From the NCBI GenBank assembly GCA_023267435.1, contig JAHFNH010000001.1:16253-80252 (forward strand): a stretch of 64,000 bases of DNA, in the 5' to 3' direction. Below are positions 27,095 to 35,998 of this stretch, piece after piece. The notes beneath the pieces were generated by a model, which worked only from the letters and a program-made list of their open reading frames with translations, was not told where the DNA came from and did not search any database. A program made the translations under genes and the position numbers. The DNA comes from Candidatus Nomurabacteria bacterium (GTDB lineage: Bacteria > Patescibacteriota > Minisyncoccia > Phycocordibacterales > UBA9973). Within the stretch, counting starts at the first letter, position 1, and every line of letters begins with the position of its first letter.

Positions 27095-28585
27095 TTATGG
27101 TTTTTTAGTTTCTGTAAAAAATTCTTTTATATTATCACCAAAAATAAAGTAAATAAAATATAAATAAATACCAATAGTTAAAACCAAAGGAAAATTTGGT
27201 ATAGTAAATGCTGCGAAATTTAAGTGTGAAAGGAAACCAATCATAAACAATTCATAGTGTAAAAATAAATATGAAACATATCCAAACGGAATAGAAAGTA
27301 CTGGTAAAATAAGACCAACAAAGCCAGTGATAAAACCGAGCATCATAGTAAATGGTATAAAAGGAAGAATTAAAACATTTGCTGGCAGAGCTACGAGCGA
27401 CAGATTACCCATCTTGTAAAGAATAAAAGGAAAGACAAAAATATACGCTGCGCAAGTCACGGTAATAATATCCCGCAAACCGAAACGATCTGTAATCCAT
27501 TGAAAATGTTTCTCTATTTTAGGCGCTAGGAATATCACTGCTACAGTCGCAATAAATGAAAGTTGGAAAGATACATCAAAGACCAAAAGAAAAGGATTGA
27601 TTAAAACCATTAAAACACCCGCCATGATAAGGGCGCGCGCGACATCATAGTTTCTCCCTGTCGCGCGCGCTACAAGTGCTAGGGTTGCCATTATCCCCGC
27701 TCGCAAAGCCGTCGAGCTTCCACCAGTCATCAACACGAATAAAAGAATAGAAAATATACCCACACCGATACCTAAATTTCTAGGCAGAAAACCAAAGAGT
27801 TTCATAATCCATTCAGCAACAATAGTCACATTATAACCAGACAAAGCTACGATATGTATCGTGCCAGTATCTACGAAACTCTGTCGGAGTGCCTGATCAA
27901 AAGAAGACTTCTCCCCTAGTATCAATCCACCCATCAATAAATTCTCCGGGTCCGGTATTGCATAAGATAATTTTTCTAAAAACTTTTCTTTAACTGCAAA
28001 TAGTGTGCTTTTTATTTTACTGCCATTCCCAGATGAGACCACTTCTATTTTCGGGTATTTAACTACAAATAAAATACCGTCTTTGCGCAGATAATTTATA
28101 TAATCAAATTCCTTGCCTTGGTCAGTCACAAAGTTTTCTGGTTTTTCTAAGACTCCGGAGAAATTTATCTCATCACCGTATTTAAAACTATCATCCAGCC
28201 CAGTCGATAATAAAACATCTGTCTTCTCTCCTCTAGACGCAACTTCGACGGTCAAGCTCTGACTATTTTCTTTTTGAGTAACTTCGTCTATTATCAATCC
28301 ACTTAGAGAAACTTTTTGACCGACACTACTTGCCAAAATCGCTTCTGATTTTAAAGAAGCTTGATCAGCCATATGGAATCTAATAATTCCAAATGAAAAA
28401 ACTAAAATAAAAATTGAAGCCAATATCCCCCACTTACTCTTTGAGATAAAAAAGTGAAATAAAAAAATAGCCAAAGAAATGACTATAAGCAAAACAGCAC
28501 TATAAAAATTTATCGAAATAAGAGAACGGAGAAAAACTCCGAAAGTAAAACCAAAACAAATAGTTAGAAAAACCCTCTTCTGCAT
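27095..28585 (-). CDS. comEC: ComEC/Rec2 N-terminal portion (DUF4131 OB domain + competence channel domain), no MBL domain
   Basis: N-terminal TMs plus OB region (VSLSGLIIDEVTQKENSQSLTVEV), competence domain TGTIHIVALSGYNVTIVA, about 10 TM helices. Confidence 0.75.
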   Translation of the reverse strand: MQKRVFLTICFGFTFGVFLRSLISINFYSAVLLIVISLAIFLFHFFISKSKWGILASIFILVFSFGIIRFHMADQASLKSEAILASSVGQKVSLSGLIIDEVTQKENSQSLTVEVASRGEKTDVLLSTGLDDSFKYGDEINFSGVLEKPENFVTDQGKEFDYINYLRKDGILFVVKYPKIEVVSSGNGSKIKSTLFAVKEKFLEKLSYAIPDPENLLMGGLILGEKSSFDQALRQSFVDTGTIHIVALSGYNVTIVAEWIMKLFGFLPRNLGIGVGIFSILLFVLMTGGSSTALRAGIMATLALVARATGRNYDVARALIMAGVLMVLINPFLLVFDVSFQLSFIATVAVIFLAPKIEKHFQWITDRFGLRDIITVTCAAYIFVFPFILYKMGNLSLVALPANVLILPFIPFTMMLGFITGFVGLILPVLSIPFGYVSYLFLHYELFMIGFLSHLNFAAFTIPNFPLVLTIGIYLYFIYFIFGDNIKEFFTETKKP

Positions 28586-28654
28586 TTAAATATTATAGCA
28601 AATAAAAAAGCCTCTCAATAAAAGAGAAGCTTTTTGTGTTTTTAATACTTTTTA

Positions 28655-29080
28655 TTAACCACCCATATGATTAACTATTTTTTTAACTGCATAACTTATA
28701 ACAACAGCATCTTTATTATCAAAACCTCTCTTTCTTGAAAGTACTGTAATATCTAAACAATAGCCCTGTGAAACTTTTTCTGAGAGAAGCATCTTAATTA
28801 ACAAATTTTTTGTATAAGCACAATAAATATTGTACCCACCGCCAATTTTCAGTTTAAGAAGTTTTTCTGAATAAACAGTTGTGGTGTCACTGTTATTTCC
28901 TATTTCCAACACAACACTGGTAACCAGTGATACTGGGTAAACAGTCGTTATCGATGTAGTATCCCAAACATCACCTGATCCATTTCCATTTACTATTTGG
29001 GTAGATGGAGTTATTTCATTATTACAACTTAAAAAAGTTACAATAATAAATATAATTAAAATTATGGCTAATTTTTTCAT
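28655..29080 (-). CDS. hypothetical secreted/lipoprotein-like small protein
   Basis: Signal peptide MKKLAIILIIFIIVTFLSC. Confidence 0.5.
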   Translation of the reverse strand: MKKLAIILIIFIIVTFLSCNNEITPSTQIVNGNGSGDVWDTTSITTVYPVSLVTSVVLEIGNNSDTTTVYSEKLLKLKIGGGYNIYCAYTKNLLIKMLLSEKVSQGYCLDITVLSRKRGFDNKDAVVISYAVKKIVNHMGG

Positions 29081-29269
29081 TTGTCTATTTATTTAATTGT
29101 TAGTAATTTATTTATTAAGTTCTCTCAATCCCCTTAAAGAAACTAAGAGAACTCAATAAAAGCTGACAACTAAATAAAATATCAAAGAGCCGTAACTAGT
29201 AAGAGTATAGCATATTTAATTAGAAAGTCAAGGGGTTAAAAAGCTTTACTAAATAATCCTTAAATAACA

Positions 29270-29297
29270 AAAAATCTCCCAACTTGGGAGATTTTTT
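29270..29297 (-). terminator. terminator directly after rplB (S10 cluster ends here)
   Basis: ATCTCCCAA-CTTGGGAGAT with T-run. Confidence 0.65.
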
Positions 29298-29307
29298 AGT
29301 AAAAATT

Positions 29308-30156
29308 TTATTGACTCTTTCTTGATTTTCCAGTCTTTCGGCGGGAAACGATGAAGACGTTTGAGTATTTCTTTGGAGTTCTTGTCTTTCTTCCTCCAGT
29401 AACTTTACCCCACATAGTCTTTGGTCTCTTTGTACCGCGACCTTGTCTTCCTTCTCCTCCTCCGTATGGGTGATCCACAGGGTTCATGGCTGTACCTCTG
29501 ACTGTAGGACGGATACCTTTCCAGCGACTTCGTCCTGCTTTACCGTAGTTTTCTAAGTGGTGTTCATCGTTTGAAACAGAACCGATAGATGCCCAACATT
29601 CTTCTTTAACTTTTCTAATTTCAGAAGATGGCATCTTTAAGTTGGTGTAACCGTCGGCGTTCGCAACAACTTGAGCAAATACTCCGGCTGATCTTGAAAT
29701 CTTCGCACCACCTTTTGTTTTTATTTCAACATTGTAAACGAATGTTCCAACTGGAATATTTTTCAAAGGCAATCTGTTTCCTGTGGCAAGTTCTGCTTTT
29801 TCGGAAACGATAAATGAATCACCTACTTTAACAGACTTTGGAAGAACAACATATCTCTTCTCTCCGTCTTTATAGACAGCGATACCGATAAAAGCTGATC
29901 TGTTTGGATCGTATTCTACAGAAGTTATTTTTGCAGGAATATCTTTCTTGTCGTATAAGAAATCAACATCTCTGAATAAACGCTTATGTCCGGCGCCCTT
30001 ATGACGAGTGGTGATGCGTCCCTGGCTGTTTCTACCGACAGATCGGCGAAAACCGTGAGTTAAAGATTTTGTTGGTTCAGATTTAGTCAAAACGCCACGG
30101 TAAGTAACGTTGGACATCATTCTTCTGGATTTGGTTGTAGGTTTGTATGTTTTCAT
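29308..30156 (-). CDS. rplB: 50S ribosomal protein L2
   Basis: GRNSQGRITTRHKGAGHKR; C-terminal basic tail. Confidence 0.9.
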   Translation of the reverse strand: MKTYKPTTKSRRMMSNVTYRGVLTKSEPTKSLTHGFRRSVGRNSQGRITTRHKGAGHKRLFRDVDFLYDKKDIPAKITSVEYDPNRSAFIGIAVYKDGEKRYVVLPKSVKVGDSFIVSEKAELATGNRLPLKNIPVGTFVYNVEIKTKGGAKISRSAGVFAQVVANADGYTNLKMPSSEIRKVKEECWASIGSVSNDEHHLENYGKAGRSRWKGIRPTVRGTAMNPVDHPYGGGEGRQGRGTKRPKTMWGKVTGGRKTRTPKKYSNVFIVSRRKTGKSRKSQ

Positions 30157-30162
30157 GGTTTA

Positions 30163-30435
30163 TTAAATAAGTTCTATCTTATCACCCTTTTTCAAATAAA
30201 CAATAGCTTTCTTACCTCCTTGTTTTACACCAGCCTTTCCTTTGGACATGATTTGTTTAGCTGGAATATTTACTATGTTTACTTTTACTGGCTTAACTTT
30301 GTAAAGGGAAAAAATGGCTTTCTTGATTTCGGTCTTATTGGCAGATGCTGTAACATCAAAAGTGTAAACATTTTGCTCGAAGGCAAGTGATGCTTTTTCA
30401 GTAACTCTTGGTTTTTTAATTAATTTCATTGTCAT
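30163..30435 (-). CDS. rplW: 50S ribosomal protein L23
   Basis: Size and position; KPRVTEKA pattern. Confidence 0.8.
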   Translation of the reverse strand: MTMKLIKKPRVTEKASLAFEQNVYTFDVTASANKTEIKKAIFSLYKVKPVKVNIVNIPAKQIMSKGKAGVKQGGKKAIVYLKKGDKIELI

Positions 30436-30447
30436 ATAATTTAAAAA

Positions 30448-31107
30448 TTATCCGCGTGATTCCAAGAATTTAACACTCTCTTCTGGATTTTCTATTAAAA
30501 GGTATTGGTGATTTAATACGTCAAATGGATTTAAGTTTTTAACGAAGACTATTTCAAGCTGAGGTAAATTTCTGAAACTCTTTTCTGTTTTTTCACTGCG
30601 TCCAAATAAAGCTGTTAAAACTTTTGGCTTCTTGGAAGTTGCCAAAGTCTTAATACCAGAACCTTTTGCTAAGTTCTTCATTACATCTACAGCATCCTTT
30701 GTTTTAATACCTGAAGTTGCAAGAGAATCAACAAAAATTATTTCTCCATCTTTAAATTTTCTGGAAAGCACTGAGAAAAGGGCTTGAGCACGCATACTCT
30801 TTGTAATCTTTCTCTTGTAGTTCTTGTCTGAAAGTGGACCGTGTGTGACACCTCCACCAACCCAGATAGGAGAACGAGAAGATCCATGACGAGCACGTCC
30901 TGTTCCTTTTTGTTTCCAAGGCTTCTTTCCTCCTCCACTCACCTCTCCGCGATCTTTCGTGTCAGCTGTACCAGCACGCTTGTTTGAGCGCATACTTTGA
31001 ACAACTTGGTGAACCAAGTCAGAACGCCATTTCGCAGCGAAAACTTTCTCAGGAAGAGTTATCTTTCCGTCAGCTGTGCCTTTTTGGTTGTATATTTTTG
31101 CTTCCAT
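30448..31107 (-). CDS. rplD: 50S ribosomal protein L4
   Basis: Position between rplC and rplW; GTGRARHGS motif. Confidence 0.85.
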   Translation of the reverse strand: MEAKIYNQKGTADGKITLPEKVFAAKWRSDLVHQVVQSMRSNKRAGTADTKDRGEVSGGGKKPWKQKGTGRARHGSSRSPIWVGGGVTHGPLSDKNYKRKITKSMRAQALFSVLSRKFKDGEIIFVDSLATSGIKTKDAVDVMKNLAKGSGIKTLATSKKPKVLTALFGRSEKTEKSFRNLPQLEIVFVKNLNPFDVLNHQYLLIENPEESVKFLESRG

Positions 31108-31115
31108 ATAAATTA

Positions 31116-31730
31116 TTATCTTGAAACTATTTCAATTAATGTTCCACGCTTTCCTGGTATTGCACCCTTGATAAGCATTGTATTGTTATCTTGATCAACA
31201 TACACAACTTTTAAGTTCTTGTAGGTTATACGATCAGATCCCATTCTGCCTGCCATTCTCATTCCTTTTGGAACGTGTGTACGTAGACCTCCTCCGATTG
31301 ATCCTGGCTCTCTTTCAGAATGTTTCTGACCGTGTGAACGAGGACCTCCGTGGAAACCGTGACGCTTCACAACTCCTTGGAAACCTTTACCTTTTGAAAC
31401 TCCTGAAACTTGTAGTTTGTCTCCTGGGGCAAAAGCTGAAACATTAATAACATCACCTTCTTTAGCATTATTTGTATCAGTAGGTTTTAATCTGAATTCT
31501 TTCAAAGTTCTGTAAAGAACTCCTTTCATCTGACCTAAGCGAGGCTTATTTACGCGATGTGCTTTCTGAGTACCGAAACCAACCTGAACAGCATTATAAC
31601 CATCCTTGGCTTTCTCGAAAACTCGAGTTACAGTCACAGGGCCGGCTGAAATAATCGTCACTGGGATGACTGTTCCGTCTTCGGAGAAATACTCCGTCAT
31701 ATTTTCTTTTGTTCCAAGAATAAATTTCAT
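31116..31730 (-). CDS. rplC: 50S ribosomal protein L3
   Basis: VSGVSKGKGFQGVVKRHGFHGGP. Confidence 0.9.
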   Translation of the reverse strand: MKFILGTKENMTEYFSEDGTVIPVTIISAGPVTVTRVFEKAKDGYNAVQVGFGTQKAHRVNKPRLGQMKGVLYRTLKEFRLKPTDTNNAKEGDVINVSAFAPGDKLQVSGVSKGKGFQGVVKRHGFHGGPRSHGQKHSEREPGSIGGGLRTHVPKGMRMAGRMGSDRITYKNLKVVYVDQDNNTMLIKGAIPGKRGTLIEIVSR

Positions 31731-31746
31731 AAATTTTAAATTACTT

Positions 31747-32172
31747 CTATAACATCTTCACATCAATATCAACTCCGGAAGGAAGTGATAAGTTTGTAAG
31801 AGCTTCGATTGTTTTTGCTCCGGGGTTCAATATATCGATCACTCTTTTGTGCACTCTCATTTCAAATTGTTCTCGTGTGTTTTTGTAAACGAAAGATGCA
31901 CGGTTCACTGTATATTTCTTTATTTCAGTTGGAAGAGGTACTGGTCCGACAATAGTCGCATCATAACGCATAGCGGTATCCATGATCTGTTTTACTGACG
32001 CATCCAAGATCTTGCTCTCGTAAGCACGAACTCTGATGCGAAGTATTACCTTGCCGTCTTCTTTCTTTTCTTTAGCTTTAGGAGCTGCTTTCACAGCTTT
32101 TGCCTTTACTGTCTTTGTTGTGACAGTCTTTGCAGCCTTAGGTTTTTTTATTTTTGTTTCTGCTGTTGGCAT
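31747..32172 (-). CDS. rpsJ: 30S ribosomal protein S10 with a Lys/Ala-rich N-terminal extension of about 40 aa
   Basis: KILRIRVRAYESKILDASVKQIMDTA... S10 core preceded by PKAAKTVTTKTVKAKAVKAAPKAKEKK. Confidence 0.85.
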   Translation of the reverse strand: MPTAETKIKKPKAAKTVTTKTVKAKAVKAAPKAKEKKEDGKVILRIRVRAYESKILDASVKQIMDTAMRYDATIVGPVPLPTEIKKYTVNRASFVYKNTREQFEMRVHKRVIDILNPGAKTIEALTNLSLPSGVDIDVKML

Positions 32173-32190
32173 GAACTAATCCTGTTTTAA

Positions 32191-33387
32191 TTAAGCAATA
32201 ATTTTTGTAACAACTCCGGCGCCGACAGTCTTGCCTCCTTCACGGATAGCAAATCTCTGTGACTCTTCGAGTGCGACCGGGGTAACCAATTTAACTGTAA
32301 GTTTTACTGTATCTCCAGGCATAACCATTTCTGTTCCTTCTTCCAAAGTAACATCTCCTGTTACGTCTGTTGTACGGATGTAGAATTGAGGCTTATAACC
32401 TTTGAAGAAAGGAGTGTGACGTCCGCCTTCTTCTTTCTTCAAAACGTATATTTCACAAGTGAAATTGTCATGAGGAGTAACTGTTCCTGGTTTTGAAAGA
32501 ACCTGTCCGCGTGTAATATCTTCCTTTTTCAGACCGCGTAGAAGAATACCAGCATTGTCTCCAGCCATACCTTCTTGCAAGTTCTTGTTGAACATTTCAA
32601 TACCGGTAACTGTTGACTTCATAGTTGGTCTAATACCGACGATTTCGATATCTTCACCAACTTTGATAATACCTCTTTCGATTTTACCAGTAACAACTGT
32701 TCCACGGCCTTCGATTGAGAAGATATCTTCTACAGGCATAAGGAAAGGTTTTGCTGTATCTCTTTCAGGAACTGGGATGTATGTATCAAGAGCGTTTGTA
32801 AGTTCAAGAATTTTTTGTGCCCAAGGATCATCAATAGATGTAGCTTCAAGACCCTTAAGAGCTGATCCACGAATAACTGGAGCGTTTGCACCATCAAAGC
32901 CTTGCTTTGTTAGAAGTTCACGGATTTCTTCTTCAACCATGTCGATCATATCTTTATCATCAACCATATCGCACTTGTTTAAGAAAACAATAATCTTTGG
33001 AACACCAACTTGTTTTGCAAGCAAAACGTGTTCGCGTGTCTGAGGCATAGCACCGTCAGTAGCGGCAACCACAAGGATAGCACCGTCCATTTGAGCGGCA
33101 CCAGTAATCATGTTCTTGATATAGTCGGCGTGTCCTGGAGCATCGATGTGCGCGTAGTGACGTGCATCAGTCGCATACTCGTTGTGAGAAATGTTAATGG
33201 TGATTCCACGAGCCTTTTCTTCTGGGGCGTTGTCGATCTGACTAACATCACGAAGACGCACTGTTTTACCAGCTAAGTTAAGGACGTTTAATATTGCCGC
33301 GGTTAAAGTAGTCTTACCGTGGTCAACGTGACCGATAGTACCTACGTTTACGTGTGGCTTATCTCTTTTAAATTCTTCTGCTGCCAT
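32191..33387 (-). CDS. tuf: elongation factor Tu
   Basis: [26 protein letters not shown]. Confidence 0.95.
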   Translation of the reverse strand: MAAEEFKRDKPHVNVGTIGHVDHGKTTLTAAILNVLNLAGKTVRLRDVSQIDNAPEEKARGITINISHNEYATDARHYAHIDAPGHADYIKNMITGAAQMDGAILVVAATDGAMPQTREHVLLAKQVGVPKIIVFLNKCDMVDDKDMIDMVEEEIRELLTKQGFDGANAPVIRGSALKGLEATSIDDPWAQKILELTNALDTYIPVPERDTAKPFLMPVEDIFSIEGRGTVVTGKIERGIIKVGEDIEIVGIRPTMKSTVTGIEMFNKNLQEGMAGDNAGILLRGLKKEDITRGQVLSKPGTVTPHDNFTCEIYVLKKEEGGRHTPFFKGYKPQFYIRTTDVTGDVTLEEGTEMVMPGDTVKLTVKLVTPVALEESQRFAIREGGKTVGAGVVTKIIA

Positions 33388-33474
33388 ATAATTTTGTTTA
33401 TTACTAATTAAGACTTAACATACGAGAACCAGTTGCTAAGGCCTAACTACTAAATTAAATTAAACTAATAATTC

Positions 33475-33505
33475 AGCCTCTATGGCTGATTCGCCGATGA
33501 GGCGA
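33475..33505. repeat. GC-rich double-hairpin REP-like element, copy 1 (AGCC-TCTAT-GGCT + TCGCC-GATGA-GGCGA)
   Basis: Same two-hairpin architecture and loop sequences (TCTAC/TCTAT and GATGA) as the copies at 38179, 62274 and 63456. Confidence 0.55.
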
Positions 33506-33661
33506 AAATTAAATTGTTTATATCACAATCAGCAATATAAAAACTGCCAAAAGTGCAGTTACGTCTCATACTATCAAATTCAAAAATAAAGTCAAATCTG
33601 GAAAATATACAATAAAAAATCCCCAATCGTTATGATACGATTAGGGACATTTTAATAATAC

Positions 33662-34645
33662 TTAGTAAAAGAAACCTGAATTCCTTTTGGATTTGCTTAT
33701 CAAAGTACCGGGCAAATCTGGCTTCCAGAAATTTTTCACGCGAAGCGGTATCTCTTTATCTTTCAACTCTTTGAGAGTTTTCGGATGAACAAGACCATAA
33801 GCAGTACCATTCGGCTCAATCATTTCCTGAAAATGATCATAAGAAAGAGTTTTGAAAAACTTTGCATCCTTTCCAGCTTTTTTAGGATTTTCAAGTCCCA
33901 CACCCGGAACGTCTTTCCATAAAACAACTTCTGTGACTTCTTCTGCTTTTAATATTCCTGAATCAACAAGCAAAGAAGCGATGAGAGCTGCACTGTAATC
34001 ACTTCCCTCACGGCCAAGAGTCGTATAACCTTCAAAATAAAATTCTGGTTTTCTGTCTAAGCGAGCACCTGCAATAAATCCTTGAGTTATAACTGGTATT
34101 TCTTTTCTTAAACAATAAATCAAACCGCAATCAAAGAGAGTTTTCATAGATTCTTCCTTAGAGACAATGGCGTTACCAAAATCTAAATTGGTCCTGATAA
34201 AATTTTTAGCCGGTATGAGTTTGTTTGAATAATCATTATCAGCCAGAAAAGCGCTAACTATCCGAGATGAAATGATTTCACCTTGAGCCATAAGCTGATC
34301 ACGAACCATTTCAAAAGAATTACATTTATTGATTCCCACAAATGATTCAGTCAGATATTTCATAATCTCCTCAAATTTAAATGGAACATCTGGTCTTTTT
34401 TTGAAAAGTTCCTTAATTATTGGTTCATTATATTTTCTAACCAATTCAAGAGACTGCTCAAAAAGATCTGTGCGATTTTCAATAATACCGCGTGCAACAT
34501 TTTCAAGTGCATTTGTTGTTTTACCTATTGCTGAAACGACAACAATATTTGGTTTTTCTTTTTTTACAATTTTTCCGCATTGCCGAAGAGAAGGAACATC
34601 TTTCAAGGAAGCTCCTCCAAATTTATGAATTTTTATTTCTAACAT
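33662..34645 (-). CDS. aspartate kinase-like amino-acid-kinase catalytic domain, lacking ACT regulatory domains
   Basis: IHKFGGASL, IVVVSAIGKTTN, TTLGREGSDYSAALIASLL...LVHPKTL...GTLI align to the aspartokinase catalytic core; the protein ends about 15 aa after GTLI. Confidence 0.6.
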   Translation of the reverse strand: MLEIKIHKFGGASLKDVPSLRQCGKIVKKEKPNIVVVSAIGKTTNALENVARGIIENRTDLFEQSLELVRKYNEPIIKELFKKRPDVPFKFEEIMKYLTESFVGINKCNSFEMVRDQLMAQGEIISSRIVSAFLADNDYSNKLIPAKNFIRTNLDFGNAIVSKEESMKTLFDCGLIYCLRKEIPVITQGFIAGARLDRKPEFYFEGYTTLGREGSDYSAALIASLLVDSGILKAEEVTEVVLWKDVPGVGLENPKKAGKDAKFFKTLSYDHFQEMIEPNGTAYGLVHPKTLKELKDKEIPLRVKNFWKPDLPGTLISKSKRNSGFFY

Positions 34646-34818
34646 AGCTTGTTGTTTAAAGGGTTAGTATTCTGTTTTCTTAGATCTATTTTTTCTTAAC
34701 CTTACTTAAAATTTACAAACTTGTCAAACAATAACTTGCTTTTAAGGCACCTGAATAGTAAGGTAAAGAAAGAAAACAACTAGAAATCCGGTGTGTTCCG
34801 GTAAAAATAAATAGCACT

Positions 34819-35931
34819 TTGAAAATGAAACAACAATTAGCAGAATTCAAGGACATTGTGCCTATGATTCATCTCTTTTCAGGAATACTGAAAGGAACCA
34901 ATATTCTCTTTGATTTTGGTAATTCGCTCAAACTTTTGAAATATGAGGGAAATTCTCTCGAGGTGATGGAACCGAATACTTTCTCATACAGCAGACATGT
35001 TACCTTAATGACTTTTCCAAAAAGTTTTTTTGATAACAAAAAAACAAATGAGGAAAAATCTTTGCCAGCCAAACAAGAAAAAAACTTATTAAAGAAACTT
35101 CAAGCGAATATTTTAGGAACTCATATGCTTGATTTTAATTTGGATGAAGAATTTGGCATCTGGCTTCCTTCGTCATATGGCAAGGATCTATTTTTGACTA
35201 TTGCAGGAAAATATAAAGACGGCGTAGAAAAAATGGATAACCTTCCCATAATCACAATAGATCCAAGCCTTGTCGAAAAAAGATTGAAAGAAGTGACTCG
35301 TCCGGATTATTATGAAAATGTCATAGTTCCCTTTTTGGAAAATAAAAGTACAAAATTTAAAATACCTAAAGAGGAACAACCTTGGCATAATAAATTTTTT
35401 CAGACAAAGAAAGATTATGTCAGGCGAAGAATAACTGAATTGCCGAATGAATTAAAACATGGAGATTTTTTGTATGTCGGGTGTAAAGAAGAAGTATTTC
35501 TTCAGGGCTTTGTGGAAATGAACAATGAATATACGAATCGAAAAGATAACTGGTATTGCGGTGTAAGCACAAAACCAATTCTTTATTTTTCTAATAATTA
35601 TTTAGAGTTTATTTCTAAACATGATGCCGAAATGCCAAAGCATGAAGGTGAAGGTTCTGTAAATGTCGCGAATTATCGCACCTATGACATACCAGAGATG
35701 GGAGGTAAACGTTTTATCTTCCCACAAATAGGCAGAAACACTGATTGCAAAAATGGATTGTTTACAGGATATCCTGAATTAATTACAGGAAATCTGGACG
35801 AAGCCTTGAAACATTTTGCCAAAACGGATTTTGCTGAATTTTCTGATGTGGTAGAAAGGTATGCGAAAAATATGTCGTTCATACATCCATCATTGGAATA
35901 TGTAAAAAATGGAAGCAGGTATTTTTGCTAA
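34819..35931 (+). CDS. hypothetical protein (only sizeable plus-strand gene inside the str cluster)
   Basis: 370-aa ORF followed by a strong terminator. Confidence 0.5.
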   Translation: MKMKQQLAEFKDIVPMIHLFSGILKGTNILFDFGNSLKLLKYEGNSLEVMEPNTFSYSRHVTLMTFPKSFFDNKKTNEEKSLPAKQEKNLLKKLQANILGTHMLDFNLDEEFGIWLPSSYGKDLFLTIAGKYKDGVEKMDNLPIITIDPSLVEKRLKEVTRPDYYENVIVPFLENKSTKFKIPKEEQPWHNKFFQTKKDYVRRRITELPNELKHGDFLYVGCKEEVFLQGFVEMNNEYTNRKDNWYCGVSTKPILYFSNNYLEFISKHDAEMPKHEGEGSVNVANYRTYDIPEMGGKRFIFPQIGRNTDCKNGLFTGYPELITGNLDEALKHFAKTDFAEFSDVVERYAKNMSFIHPSLEYVKNGSRYFC

Positions 35932-35945
35932 ACACAAAAAAGCAA

Positions 35946-35973
35946 ATCGCCCTCGAGTAAACTCGAGGGCGAT
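35946..35973. terminator. bidirectional terminator (convergent with the fusA end)
   Basis: Perfect 12-bp stem ATCGCCCTCGAG-TAAA-CTCGAGGGCGAT with T-run. Confidence 0.75.
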
Positions 35974-35998
35974 TTTTTATTTTTAATAAATTTTTATT

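Noticed and set aside
32555-33276. Plus-strand ORFs antisense to tuf
   Set aside because: EF-Tu frame is unambiguous. Antisense products are Ser/Ile-rich with no motifs.
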